A stretch of 64,000 nt of DNA from the NCBI GenBank assembly GCA_964291625.2, contig OZ220089.1, positions 1,824,001-1,888,000 of the forward strand, in the 5' to 3' direction. This document shows positions 9,715 through 17,767 of the stretch, one piece after another. The DNA is from Candidatus Latescibacterota bacterium. Lineage in GTDB: Bacteria > Latescibacterota > UBA2968 > UBA8231. The position numbers and the translations under genes are program-made. Below the pieces are notes generated by a model. It saw nothing but the letters and a program-made list of their open reading frames with translations. It was not told where the DNA came from and did not search any database. Within the stretch, counting starts at the first letter, position 1, and each line of letters opens with the position of its first letter.

Positions 9715-9859
9715 CCCGTCCTGAGCGAGTAACCAGGGAACACCCCGGTGCGCCCCCGATGCACTCAACGGATTGGCGCCCAAGTAGATAGTGCTGCTGG
9801 TCCCCGACTATACAGTGACGCTGAGTGGGGTCGCCTTTCGTGCCGCTCCCACGCCTGCC

Positions 9860-10110
9860 AGATGCGCCTGGACGTCTTCGGGACCTGGGACTCGTGCGAG
9901 CTGTCGGACTTGATCGAGGACCCCGTCCTCTCTTTCCAGGTCGGCGCGATGAGGCCCGAACCCGCGATCTATGCGGAGACGCTGCGGCGCGTGGGGTGCG
10001 CCGCCTCGCAGGCGGTCTTCGTCGGCGACGGCGGCAGTTCAGAGCTCGCGGGGCCCGGCGGCTCGGCATGGAGCCGATATGGGCGACCTGGGCAGGTCTC
10101 CTCCGGGTCG
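9860..10110 (+). pseudogene. HAD-family hydrolase C-terminal fragment
   Basis: 'LSFQVGAMRPEPAIY...AVFVGDGGSSEL' continues in another frame as 'GARRLGMEPIWATW'; no motif I. Confidence 0.65.
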
Positions 10111-10148
10111 CTGGCCCTTATGACATCAGACGACCACCGAGTGCCACT

Positions 10149-11105
10149 CTAGGCCGTCTCTATGTCCTCGAGCAAGGTCGCCACTGTGGTGTGATTCCAT
10201 CCTTCTGGAGCGGGGCCTGCGTAAGCCCAGAGGACATCGAGCACTCGAGCGAGTGAGTGCAGGCGCAAGACCATTCTCCTCTGCTCATCCACAGGGCCAT
10301 ACGCCCGCCAGAATGGCTCGGCTGAACCGGGATCCGGGACGAAGACCGTCAGCAGGAGATCTCTGATATCCGAGAACGCCGGGCCGCGCGTACTGCTGTC
10401 CAGATCGAGGACCGAGACGATTCGACCGGAGACAGGCTCGACTCGGAGGTTGTGCGGCTGGAAGTCATAGTGGACGAAAGACAGTCCCCCTGCCTCCTGG
10501 AGCAGACTTGAGTTTCCCTCCCACAAGCGCACGGCTCGATCGAGCAAGGCCCTGGGCATCCAGGCCTGGTCATTGAGTTGCTCAACGGCGTCGGCGAATC
10601 GGGTGAGGTCTTCAGCGGCCCATGCCTGCGCGTCCACGGGACCTGGGACATCGATGCCGGACTCGTGCATCTCTCTCAAGACGAGCCCGCACTCTTCCAT
10701 GAAGGCGTCCTTCGTTCGTCGGCTGAACCCAGGCCAGGCTTCGTCCGCGTCCTCACCGCCGGCAAGCTCCTGCAGCGCATAGGGATAGTCGATCAGATCA
10801 TCGGCGGGGGACTGGTGGATCCAGGCAGGCGTCGGCACACCCGTCAGTTGCCGGAGTTGGCGAGCGACAGACTCTGCATGCTGCATTCGCTCCGGGTCTG
10901 ACGTTCGGACCCAAACCTTGAGTATCAGCGGATCCGCATCGTCAAAGTCGAGACGGAACGACGCATTCACCTCGCCGCGCATGATCCGCACCAGGCGACG
11001 TGGTCGAGGCAGACCCTCACGTTCACACAGGTCCCGGGCGACAGCGACCGGCACGCGGTATCCGCGGAATGGGCCGTAGTCCAGAATGGGCTCACTCTTC
11101 TCCAC
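10149..11105 (-). CDS. Aminoglycoside phosphotransferase (APH/choline-kinase-like) family protein
   Basis: 'LILKV', Brenner motif 'FVHYDFQPHNL', 'VLDLD'. Confidence 0.8.
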   Translation of the reverse strand: MEKSEPILDYGPFRGYRVPVAVARDLCEREGLPRPRRLVRIMRGEVNASFRLDFDDADPLILKVWVRTSDPERMQHAESVARQLRQLTGVPTPAWIHQSPADDLIDYPYALQELAGGEDADEAWPGFSRRTKDAFMEECGLVLREMHESGIDVPGPVDAQAWAAEDLTRFADAVEQLNDQAWMPRALLDRAVRLWEGNSSLLQEAGGLSFVHYDFQPHNLRVEPVSGRIVSVLDLDSSTRGPAFSDIRDLLLTVFVPDPGSAEPFWRAYGPVDEQRRMVLRLHSLARVLDVLWAYAGPAPEGWNHTTVATLLEDIETA

Positions 11106-11165
11106 TGTAGCAATCCTGTTGCGCCCTGAGGGCGATGGTCACATGAGATCGGATTGTGGTCATGC

Positions 11166-11717
11166 TCACTCCTCCCACAGCCGGGAAAAGCTCAACGGCT
11201 CGTCTCCGGGGCCCGTGAGCAGATACACGTCCGGGTTCGACAGTCCCTCCCATCCCCGGTAGCCGAAGGTGGCGTCGATGGAGTTCAGGATCAGGCTCAT
11301 CAGGTTTCCGTGGGTAACGGCCACTGGCAGTCCGAACTCTCCATGCAGAAGCTCGTTCAGGCTCGCCCAGCCCCTGGCCAGCACCTCCCGGGCCGATTCC
11401 CCGCCGGGCGCGCGCAGGTCCAGGTCCCCAAACGAGTCCCGGACCACCTCCCTCCAGCTCTCCAGGGGAACGTCAGACAGCCTCCTCTCGTTGAGGCGGC
11501 CATCCACCCGAAGGGGCAGGCCCAACGCCGCGGCCAGCGGTTCGGCGCTCTGCTGCGCTCGCCAGTACTCGCTGGCCACAACCGTGTCGACAGGTTCCCC
11601 CGACAGGAGGTCACGCAGGGCTTCGGCCTGCCTGAGCCCCTCCGTCGTCAGGGCAGCGTCGGGGTCCTGCCCCGCGGCCTGGCAATGGCGGACCAGGATC
11701 AGTCTGCGCACTGGCAT
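11166..11717 (-). CDS. Histidine phosphatase (phosphoglycerate mutase family)
   Basis: 'LILVRHC', 'RAQQSA', 'LNER', 'GGES', 'VTHGN'. Confidence 0.85.
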   Translation of the reverse strand: MPVRRLILVRHCQAAGQDPDAALTTEGLRQAEALRDLLSGEPVDTVVASEYWRAQQSAEPLAAALGLPLRVDGRLNERRLSDVPLESWREVVRDSFGDLDLRAPGGESAREVLARGWASLNELLHGEFGLPVAVTHGNLMSLILNSIDATFGYRGWEGLSNPDVYLLTGPGDEPLSFSRLWEE

Positions 11718-11734
11718 GCTCTCACGGACCCAGC

Positions 11735-12490
11735 CTACCTGGAGGTGCCACTTGTCCCAAGGGCCTTCACCTGTCCCCAGCTGGGCCTGACGGCGGTGGC
11801 GGTCTCCCGCAGACGGACGTACACGGGTTCGGATTCCTCATCCAGCGAAAAGGCGCTGATGGCGAATACCGCGTGGCCGTCATCTGGTTCGTCGACCTTC
11901 CACTGGACGATGGGCTCCGTGGCTTCGACCTGTGCCACAAGCATCAACCGTGGCTCATCGAGGTCGGAGCTTTCCATCTCCCTGTAGATCGAATACCCCA
12001 CGGCCCCGTCCACCGCCGACCAGAAGATGACATAGGCAACTGCTCCGTCAGGCTTGGTGGTCTGCTCCACCCATACCGAGTCCGGCGGCGGCGGGACAAA
12101 CCGCGGAATCTCCGGTAGATGGACATACGCAAACTCGGACTCCTCGTCCCCCTGAACGGTAGCGATGGCGAAGACCGCGGCGTCCCCGTCGAGTGTAGCT
12201 GCCATCCACTCAACAGGCTCTGTCGTCTCCACGAACCCCCAGGGGATCCACTCGAACCTCGGCTGCTCCAGCTCGACAAGGTTGCCGTCCTCGTCAAGAC
12301 CTGTTGTAACCGCTACTTCCCGGTAGATCCGATACCCGTCCGCGCCCTCCACGGCTGTCCAGTAGACGATGTAGCCCGACCTTCCGTCAGGCCAGGTCGC
12401 CGGCTCTACCCAGACGGAGTCCGGCGGCATCGGTCGAGCGAGGGCCAGATCGGCGAGGAGAAGCAGGGGGAAGACGAAGAACCCTACGCC
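11735..12490 (-). CDS. Secreted protein with two tandem FN3-like beta domains and C-terminal TAVRPSWGQVKA motif; start codon unclear
   Basis: Duplicated 'PPDSVWVE...Y.I.W.AV.GA.GY.IYRE...AVFAI' unit; signal-like 'FFVFPLLLLADLALA' with no nearby in-frame start. Confidence 0.6.
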   Translation of the reverse strand, partial: GVGFFVFPLLLLADLALARPMPPDSVWVEPATWPDGRSGYIVYWTAVEGADGYRIYREVAVTTGLDEDGNLVELEQPRFEWIPWGFVETTEPVEWMAATLDGDAAVFAIATVQGDEESEFAYVHLPEIPRFVPPPPDSVWVEQTTKPDGAVAYVIFWSAVDGAVGYSIYREMESSDLDEPRLMLVAQVEATEPIVQWKVDEPDDGHAVFAISAFSLDEESEPVYVRLRETATAVRPSWGQVKALGTSGTSR

Positions 12491-13281
12491 TACGATCCAG
12501 TGCCTCGGTACGACCTGATCCCGTGTCTCCAGAACTGGTAGCTCGCCAGGACGAGCACGACCGCCACCAGTGGCGACAACAGCCCCCATTCGCTCCCCGC
12601 CTCCTTCTTTCCCAACAGGAAGAGCGCCGGATAGTACGCGACAAACGCGTATGGGAGGACGAAGGTAAGCAATCCTCTCAAGGGAGGCCCGTAGATGCTC
12701 AGAGGATAACGCGTCAGCTCGTAGACGCTGATGACGAGACTGCAGACCGAGTGCGTTCGAGTCACCCAGAAGGAAGCCGTTCCGATGAAGAGCATGATGG
12801 CAAACCAGATCACGTTCCCGGAGACCACGGTCACCACCAGGAACAGGAGATTGGCCACCCCCCAATCTATTCCGGCGATCTGGGCCGCCACCACCAAGTA
12901 GACGATCCCCACCACCAGGTTGCCCAGCCCCAGGGGGGTATAGCGGCGGGCCACGAGGTAGAAGAGGGTGTTGACAGGCAGGCAGAGGAGCTGGTCGAAG
13001 GTGCCGTCCCTGATGTTCTCATCCAGGTAGATGACACTGTTCGTAAAGGCGTGGTGAAAGCTCATGCCGATGATGGAGAGCGCGTACAAAAAGAACAGTT
13101 CCGGGAAAGTCCATCCGGCGATCTCCTCCACATGGGTGAAAACCACGCCGATCGTGGCGAGGCCCGCGCCGGTGGTGGCAATCATGGCGAGGAAGGAGAG
13201 CCAGAAGCTGGCCTTGTACTCCGCCATGCTCTTGAGATGACTGAGGAAGAGGAAGCCGTAGAGGCTCATGTACCGGGTCAA
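12490..13281 (-). CDS. ABC-2 family (DUF990-like) permease
   Basis: 'EYKASF', 'GWTFPE', 'IRDGTFDQLL.LP', 'YPLSIY', ends YRGTGS. Confidence 0.85.
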   Translation of the reverse strand: MTRYMSLYGFLFLSHLKSMAEYKASFWLSFLAMIATTGAGLATIGVVFTHVEEIAGWTFPELFFLYALSIIGMSFHHAFTNSVIYLDENIRDGTFDQLLCLPVNTLFYLVARRYTPLGLGNLVVGIVYLVVAAQIAGIDWGVANLLFLVVTVVSGNVIWFAIMLFIGTASFWVTRTHSVCSLVISVYELTRYPLSIYGPPLRGLLTFVLPYAFVAYYPALFLLGKKEAGSEWGLLSPLVAVVLVLASYQFWRHGIRSYRGTGS

Positions 13282-13284
13282 CTG

Positions 13285-14076
13285 TCACCCTCCCAGAACG
13301 ACGACCTTGGGGAGTGCCTTTCTCCACAGCACCTGGGAGACAAGCAGCAGGACCAGTATCCATCCCAGTTGCTCGGCGATCAGCAGCGAGGGTCCGCCGG
13401 GAGACTCGAGGCCCAGAAAGATGGAGAGCGGCGTGTAGAAGCAACCCTTGAAAGGCATGAAGGCGAGGACATCGCGCACCACGGCCGGGAAGAAGTCCAG
13501 TGGCATGATTCCTCCCGCGCACAAGGTCATGAATACGTTCTTGAACATGTTCACGCCGTACGTCTGCGTGATCCAGAAGGCGAGGCTTCCCAGGGACAGG
13601 TCGATCAGGAAGTACACGACGAAACCCAGGGCGCAGCTGAGGACCGCCGCCAACACCCGGGCGGGCTCCATGGGGACGGCTATGTCGAGGACATAGCCAA
13701 AGACGAGGACCACGGGCAAGGCCTTGAAGAGCAGATTGAAGATCGCCTGTCCGACGGCCGTGTAGAGGAGCACCCGTTGATAGTCGATGGGCTTGGTCAG
13801 TTCGATGGCGATCTCGCCTCCATAGACCTTGTTGCCCACGATCACGTTCACATCCTGCCGCACCACGAAGCCGATGAGCGTCGAGACCAGCGTGTAGGCG
13901 ATCATCGAGGCGAGGGAGATGCCCTCTATTTCCGACCGCCCGGCGTACACGGCCCGCCACAGATAGTAGCAGGACAGGAGGTACACGCAGCCGGCTGACA
14001 CGTCCGCCAGGAACTGGGTCCTGTATACGAGCCCCTCCTGGAAGGTGACCTTCACAACTCCTGTGAAACGGCCCAT
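13285..14076 (-). CDS. ABC-2 family (DUF990-like) permease
   Basis: 'YR', 'GEIAIELTKPIDY', 'GGIMPLDFFP', ends VLGG. Confidence 0.85.
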   Translation of the reverse strand: MGRFTGVVKVTFQEGLVYRTQFLADVSAGCVYLLSCYYLWRAVYAGRSEIEGISLASMIAYTLVSTLIGFVVRQDVNVIVGNKVYGGEIAIELTKPIDYQRVLLYTAVGQAIFNLLFKALPVVLVFGYVLDIAVPMEPARVLAAVLSCALGFVVYFLIDLSLGSLAFWITQTYGVNMFKNVFMTLCAGGIMPLDFFPAVVRDVLAFMPFKGCFYTPLSIFLGLESPGGPSLLIAEQLGWILVLLLVSQVLWRKALPKVVVLGG

Positions 14077-14080
14077 CCTG

Positions 14081-15073
14081 CTAGTCCGCCGCCGCTTTCT
14101 CCTGGTACAGCCTCTTGACTATGGTGCCGATCTCCTGCTCCTGTATGACGAGATCCCGTACGTCGTTGTGGGCGGCGATCTCGGTGATCAGTCGGGTCGT
14201 CGACAGCTGCGAGCCGTCGAATTGCACGCGAATCCTGTTGCCTTGCCCGTCCACCTCCGCCACCTCCTTCAGGCCATCGAGTCTTCGGGGTGGGTGGCCG
14301 AGCTCCAAGGTCATGGTCCGCGTCTTTCCATAGATGCCCTTCAACTCCTCCAGGCCCCCGTCGAAGAGGATCGTCCCTTTGTCGATCACCATGATTCGCT
14401 CGCAGAGCTTCTCCACATCCTCCAGGTCATGGCTCGTGAGTACGATCGTTACGCCATGCTCCCGGTTCAGATGGACGAAGAAGTCACGGATCTTCTCCTT
14501 GATGACGATGTCCAGCCCGATGGTGGGCTCGTCCAGGTAGATGATCGGTGGCCTGTGGAGGAGGGAGAGGGCGATGTTGCACAGCATCTTCTGCCCCAGG
14601 CTCAGGCTGCGGGCATTCTTTCCCAACTGGCCGCCGACATCGAGAGTGGATGAGAAGAGGCCCATCTGGTCTCGATAGAAGGAGGAAGAGAGGCCGTACA
14701 ACCTGCGGTGCAGCTCGAACGACTCGATCACGGGAAGGTCCCACCGCAACTGGGAGCGCTGCCCGAAGACTACGCCGATGTTTCTCGCATTCTCCATGCG
14801 CTTTGAATAGGGCTCGAGGCCGAGCACCTCGACTCGTCCTGCCGAAGGCGTGAGGATGCCGGTCAGCAGCTTGATGGTCGTCGACTTTCCGGCGCCATTG
14901 GGCCCCAGGTAAGCGACGACTTCTCCCGCCTCGATGGTGAAATCCAGGTCTTGGATGGCGGGCAGCAGCGTGCTTCGCGGGAAGAGCAGGTTGCTGACCG
15001 CCCCCTTGAGCCCCGGCTCCCTGCGGGGAATCCGGTAAGTCTTGGACAGCCCCCTCACGGTGATGACCGGCAC
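14081..15073 (-). CDS. ABC transporter ATP-binding protein (DrrA-like)
   Basis: GPNGAGKS, 'VVFGQRSQLRWDLP', LSLGQ, DEPTIGLD; GTG start after GGAGAAAGG. Confidence 0.9.
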   Translation of the reverse strand: MPVITVRGLSKTYRIPRREPGLKGAVSNLLFPRSTLLPAIQDLDFTIEAGEVVAYLGPNGAGKSTTIKLLTGILTPSAGRVEVLGLEPYSKRMENARNIGVVFGQRSQLRWDLPVIESFELHRRLYGLSSSFYRDQMGLFSSTLDVGGQLGKNARSLSLGQKMLCNIALSLLHRPPIIYLDEPTIGLDIVIKEKIRDFFVHLNREHGVTIVLTSHDLEDVEKLCERIMVIDKGTILFDGGLEELKGIYGKTRTMTLELGHPPRRLDGLKEVAEVDGQGNRIRVQFDGSQLSTTRLITEIAAHNDVRDLVIQEQEIGTIVKRLYQEKAAAD

Positions 15074-15132
15074 CTGCGCCCCGCCTTTCTCACCCCCGAT
15101 GGTGTGGATCCCGCCTCCGCCGGAGGCGGCCG

Positions 15133-16146
15133 TCACATCTTCCAGCCGATGACGATGCTCTGCTCGGGATCGATGGGCCGGACCTCGCTGCGGGCGAACC
15201 CCGCTTCGGCCATCATCTCCTGGATCTCGGTACCCGTGTACTGGCGGGCCTCGATGTTGTTGTAGAACACGTGCAGCCCCTGGAAGGCGGCCAGCAGAGG
15301 ACCCGTCTTCTCCTCGCTGAGCAGGAACTCCTCGGCCAGGACCACGCCGTCGTCGGGCAGGGCCTCGCAGGCGCGCCGCAGTATCCGCAGGCACCGCTCC
15401 CGCCCCCAGTCGTGCAGGATGTGGGACAGCAGGAAGACGTCGGTTCCGTGCGGCAGCTCGTCTTCGAAGAAGGTCCCGGTCTGGAAACGGATCGTGCCCG
15501 ACTCGTCGGTCCGGGAGAGCCCCTCCTCCGCCGCCTCGCGGTTGTACTCCAGGTCGAAGACGATCGCCTCCAGGTGAGGGAAGCGCCTCACGATGCCCAC
15601 CAGGTGGCCGCCCGTGGCTCCGCCCAGGTCGGTGACCATGCGGAAAGGCGTGAAGTCGAAGGCCTTGGCCACGCAGTCGCCCCAGAGGATGCGCAGACGA
15701 TGGCGCTTCGGGTAGAAGGGGAAAGGCTGCTTCTTGCCCGTGGCCGCGTCGAGCCATCCGTCTCCGGACCGTGGTTTGTCGGTGAGCACGGCCTGCCTGA
15801 TCTTGTCGCCGCGGTCGGCGTCCACGTACCCGGCCCGTCCGAAGGCGGTGTACTGGTTGTACATCTCCCCTCCCTCGACCAGGAAGGCCTCCATGTCGGG
15901 CACGTTCCCGTAGCGATCGCCGACCTTGCGCAGCACGCCGATGGAAGCGCAGGTCACGGCCAGTACTTCCGCCGGCCGCGTCCGGATCTCCATGGCCTCG
16001 GCGATCTGCGGGATCGTCCTGGGCCCGTCCGCCAGCCGGGTGAAGAGCCCGAGTTCGACGGCGCAGGCCACCACGTCCTGGGCCTCGGCGCCGCAACTGA
16101 GCCGCCAGAGGGTGTAGTAGGTCTCCAGGTCTCGGTCCGTGCTCAT
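15133..16146 (-). CDS. SAM-dependent O-methyltransferase family 2 (dimerisation domain + Rossmann)
   Basis: 'AVELGLFTRL', 'DLGGATG', 'GTFFEDELP', 'LSHILHDW'; GGAGG RBS. Confidence 0.88.
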   Translation of the reverse strand: MSTDRDLETYYTLWRLSCGAEAQDVVACAVELGLFTRLADGPRTIPQIAEAMEIRTRPAEVLAVTCASIGVLRKVGDRYGNVPDMEAFLVEGGEMYNQYTAFGRAGYVDADRGDKIRQAVLTDKPRSGDGWLDAATGKKQPFPFYPKRHRLRILWGDCVAKAFDFTPFRMVTDLGGATGGHLVGIVRRFPHLEAIVFDLEYNREAAEEGLSRTDESGTIRFQTGTFFEDELPHGTDVFLLSHILHDWGRERCLRILRRACEALPDDGVVLAEEFLLSEEKTGPLLAAFQGLHVFYNNIEARQYTGTEIQEMMAEAGFARSEVRPIDPEQSIVIGWKM

Positions 16147-16235
16147 CTCTCCTCCAATCTGCTCAGAGCCTTCCGAGCCTCGGCCGGGATCGGCCGAGGA
16201 CAGGAACCTTCTACGGGCATAAGGCGGACAGTGTC

Positions 16236-16297
16236 AAGAAACACCCCGAGGCCTCGGGGGCCTGCCTGGAAAGGCACCCGGGCGCCCCCGGGGTGTC
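16236..16297 (-). terminator. Two GC-rich hairpins downstream of the SnoaL-like gene
   Basis: CCCCGAGG-CCTCGGGG followed by TGTTTCTT on the minus strand; second stem GGCACCCGG..CCGGGGTGTC. Confidence 0.4.
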
Positions 16298-16372
16298 AGC
16301 GTCTCCGGTGATCGACAGGCACCGGCCAGGGCCTGGAGCCAGGGCATCCCCGGCGCCAAAGAGCGAGGCGCC

Positions 16373-16822
16373 TCAACTCCGGGGGGTCACCTGTGGGAAG
16401 AAGGCGGCGATGATCTTCCACTCGCCCTTGATGCGGCCGGTGAACCACACATTGCGGGTGTCGTCCCAGCGGACGTACACCTCGCCGCTGTCCGACCGCC
16501 AGCGCCCCGATTCCCGAACCACGGAGACTGCCATGTTCCCGCGAATCTCCGTCTTCAGGATCTCCTGCTCCTGCTCGTAGTGGGCGCCGTCCGGCATGCG
16601 GGTCTCGCCCCATTCCTGCATCTCGCTCTGCATCAGAAAGAGGTGGGGAACCCAGTCCATGGGATCCGTCGACTTGCACCCGAACCACCGGAAGTAGCTC
16701 TCGTCATGGCAGGCCCGGACCGCGTCCCAGTCCTGCTCCTTGTGGGCCTGCTGGTAGCGGTTCAGCAGTCGGTGGATCTCCTCGATGTCGCTGCGGTCAG
16801 TCAACTGGCTCTCCCTGGGCAT
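16373..16822 (-). CDS. NTF2/SnoaL-like (DUF4440-type) protein
   Basis: 'EEIHRLLNRYQQA...DWDAVRAC', 'EIRGNMAV', 'GEWKII'. Confidence 0.75.
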   Translation of the reverse strand: MPRESQLTDRSDIEEIHRLLNRYQQAHKEQDWDAVRACHDESYFRWFGCKSTDPMDWVPHLFLMQSEMQEWGETRMPDGAHYEQEQEILKTEIRGNMAVSVVRESGRWRSDSGEVYVRWDDTRNVWFTGRIKGEWKIIAAFFPQVTPRS

Positions 16823-17198
16823 CGGCGGTGAACGTGTAGCCCACGCCGACCGGCACCTCGCGCCTGTCGACCTTGCGCACTACCGACTCGCCCTTCGCTG
16901 CGGCCCTGGACGAGTCCCGGCGGGCGAGGCCCTCCGGCGCGGAGGTAGTGGGAATCACGACCGCATGCTCACCGACGTACACGGCCGAGATCGTGCATCC
17001 CAATCCGTTCTTCAACTCTTCCACCCGGGCGGAGAAGGCCTTCAGCAGTTCCCTCCGGCGGCGAGGATCGCCTTCCCTCTGCAGCAGTCGGCCCAGGGTT
17101 CTGGCGGCGAGGTGGTCCGGAGTGGCGGGGTCGTACTCGGACAGCAGTTGTGACAGCCCGTCCCCCCTTCGAGGATGCTCTGGTTTCATCGCCCTCAC
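16797..17198 (-). CDS. Hypothetical protein, possible ECF partner
   Basis: Overlaps the ECF stop (GTGA) and the SnoaL start; no TM or ZAS motif. Confidence 0.55.
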   Translation of the reverse strand: MRAMKPEHPRRGDGLSQLLSEYDPATPDHLAARTLGRLLQREGDPRRRRELLKAFSARVEELKNGLGCTISAVYVGEHAVVIPTTSAPEGLARRDSSRAAAKGESVVRKVDRREVPVGVGYTFTADAQGEPVD

Positions 17199-17749
17199 TC
17201 GATCAGGTCGGAGAGGTGGGCCCGCAGTTGCCGGCGCGCCGAGTGCAGACGCCAGCGGACGGCTCCGACCGAGCAGCCCGCCGTCTCGGCGATCTCCTCG
17301 TAGGAGAGGCCGTGGTACTCGCGCAAAGTCAGGACGAGGCGCCTCGGGTCGTCAAGCTCCTGGAGGGCCGACTGGATCCTGCTCGCCAGCTCGGCGGCGG
17401 GCCTCGATCCGGGCTCCATGAGATCACGGTCGAGATCGATGTCGGCCTCGATCGACAGGTGCCTCCGGCGCTGGCGGTACTTGTGATGGTCGCGGACCAG
17501 GTTGCTGGCGATGGCCCAGAACCACGAGCGGAAACGCCCCGGGTCCTCCAGGCCCGAGAGGGACTCGTATACGCGCACGAAGGTCTCCTGCGCGAGGTCC
17601 TCCGCATCCGGCCCGCGGCCTGTCATGCGCAGGAAGAACCGGTAGACGGCTCCCTGGTAGCGGCCGACGAGTCGGGCGAAGGCGTCCACGTCCCCACGCG
17701 CAAAGCGCCGTACCAGTTCCTCGTCTTCCGGGTCGTTCTCGATGTGCAT
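17195..17749 (-). CDS. ECF RNA polymerase sigma factor
   Basis: 'GDVDAFARLV.RYQ', 'AEDLAQETFVRVY', 'FRSWF', region 4 'GLSYEEIAE...VGAVRWRLHSAR'. Confidence 0.92.
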   Translation of the reverse strand: MHIENDPEDEELVRRFARGDVDAFARLVGRYQGAVYRFFLRMTGRGPDAEDLAQETFVRVYESLSGLEDPGRFRSWFWAIASNLVRDHHKYRQRRRHLSIEADIDLDRDLMEPGSRPAAELASRIQSALQELDDPRRLVLTLREYHGLSYEEIAETAGCSVGAVRWRLHSARRQLRAHLSDLIE

Positions 17750-17767
17750 GGTTCACCCTGAAACTCT

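Noticed and set aside
10149-11105. Bona fide aminoglycoside resistance gene
   Set aside because: Only superfamily motifs are visible; substrate cannot be inferred
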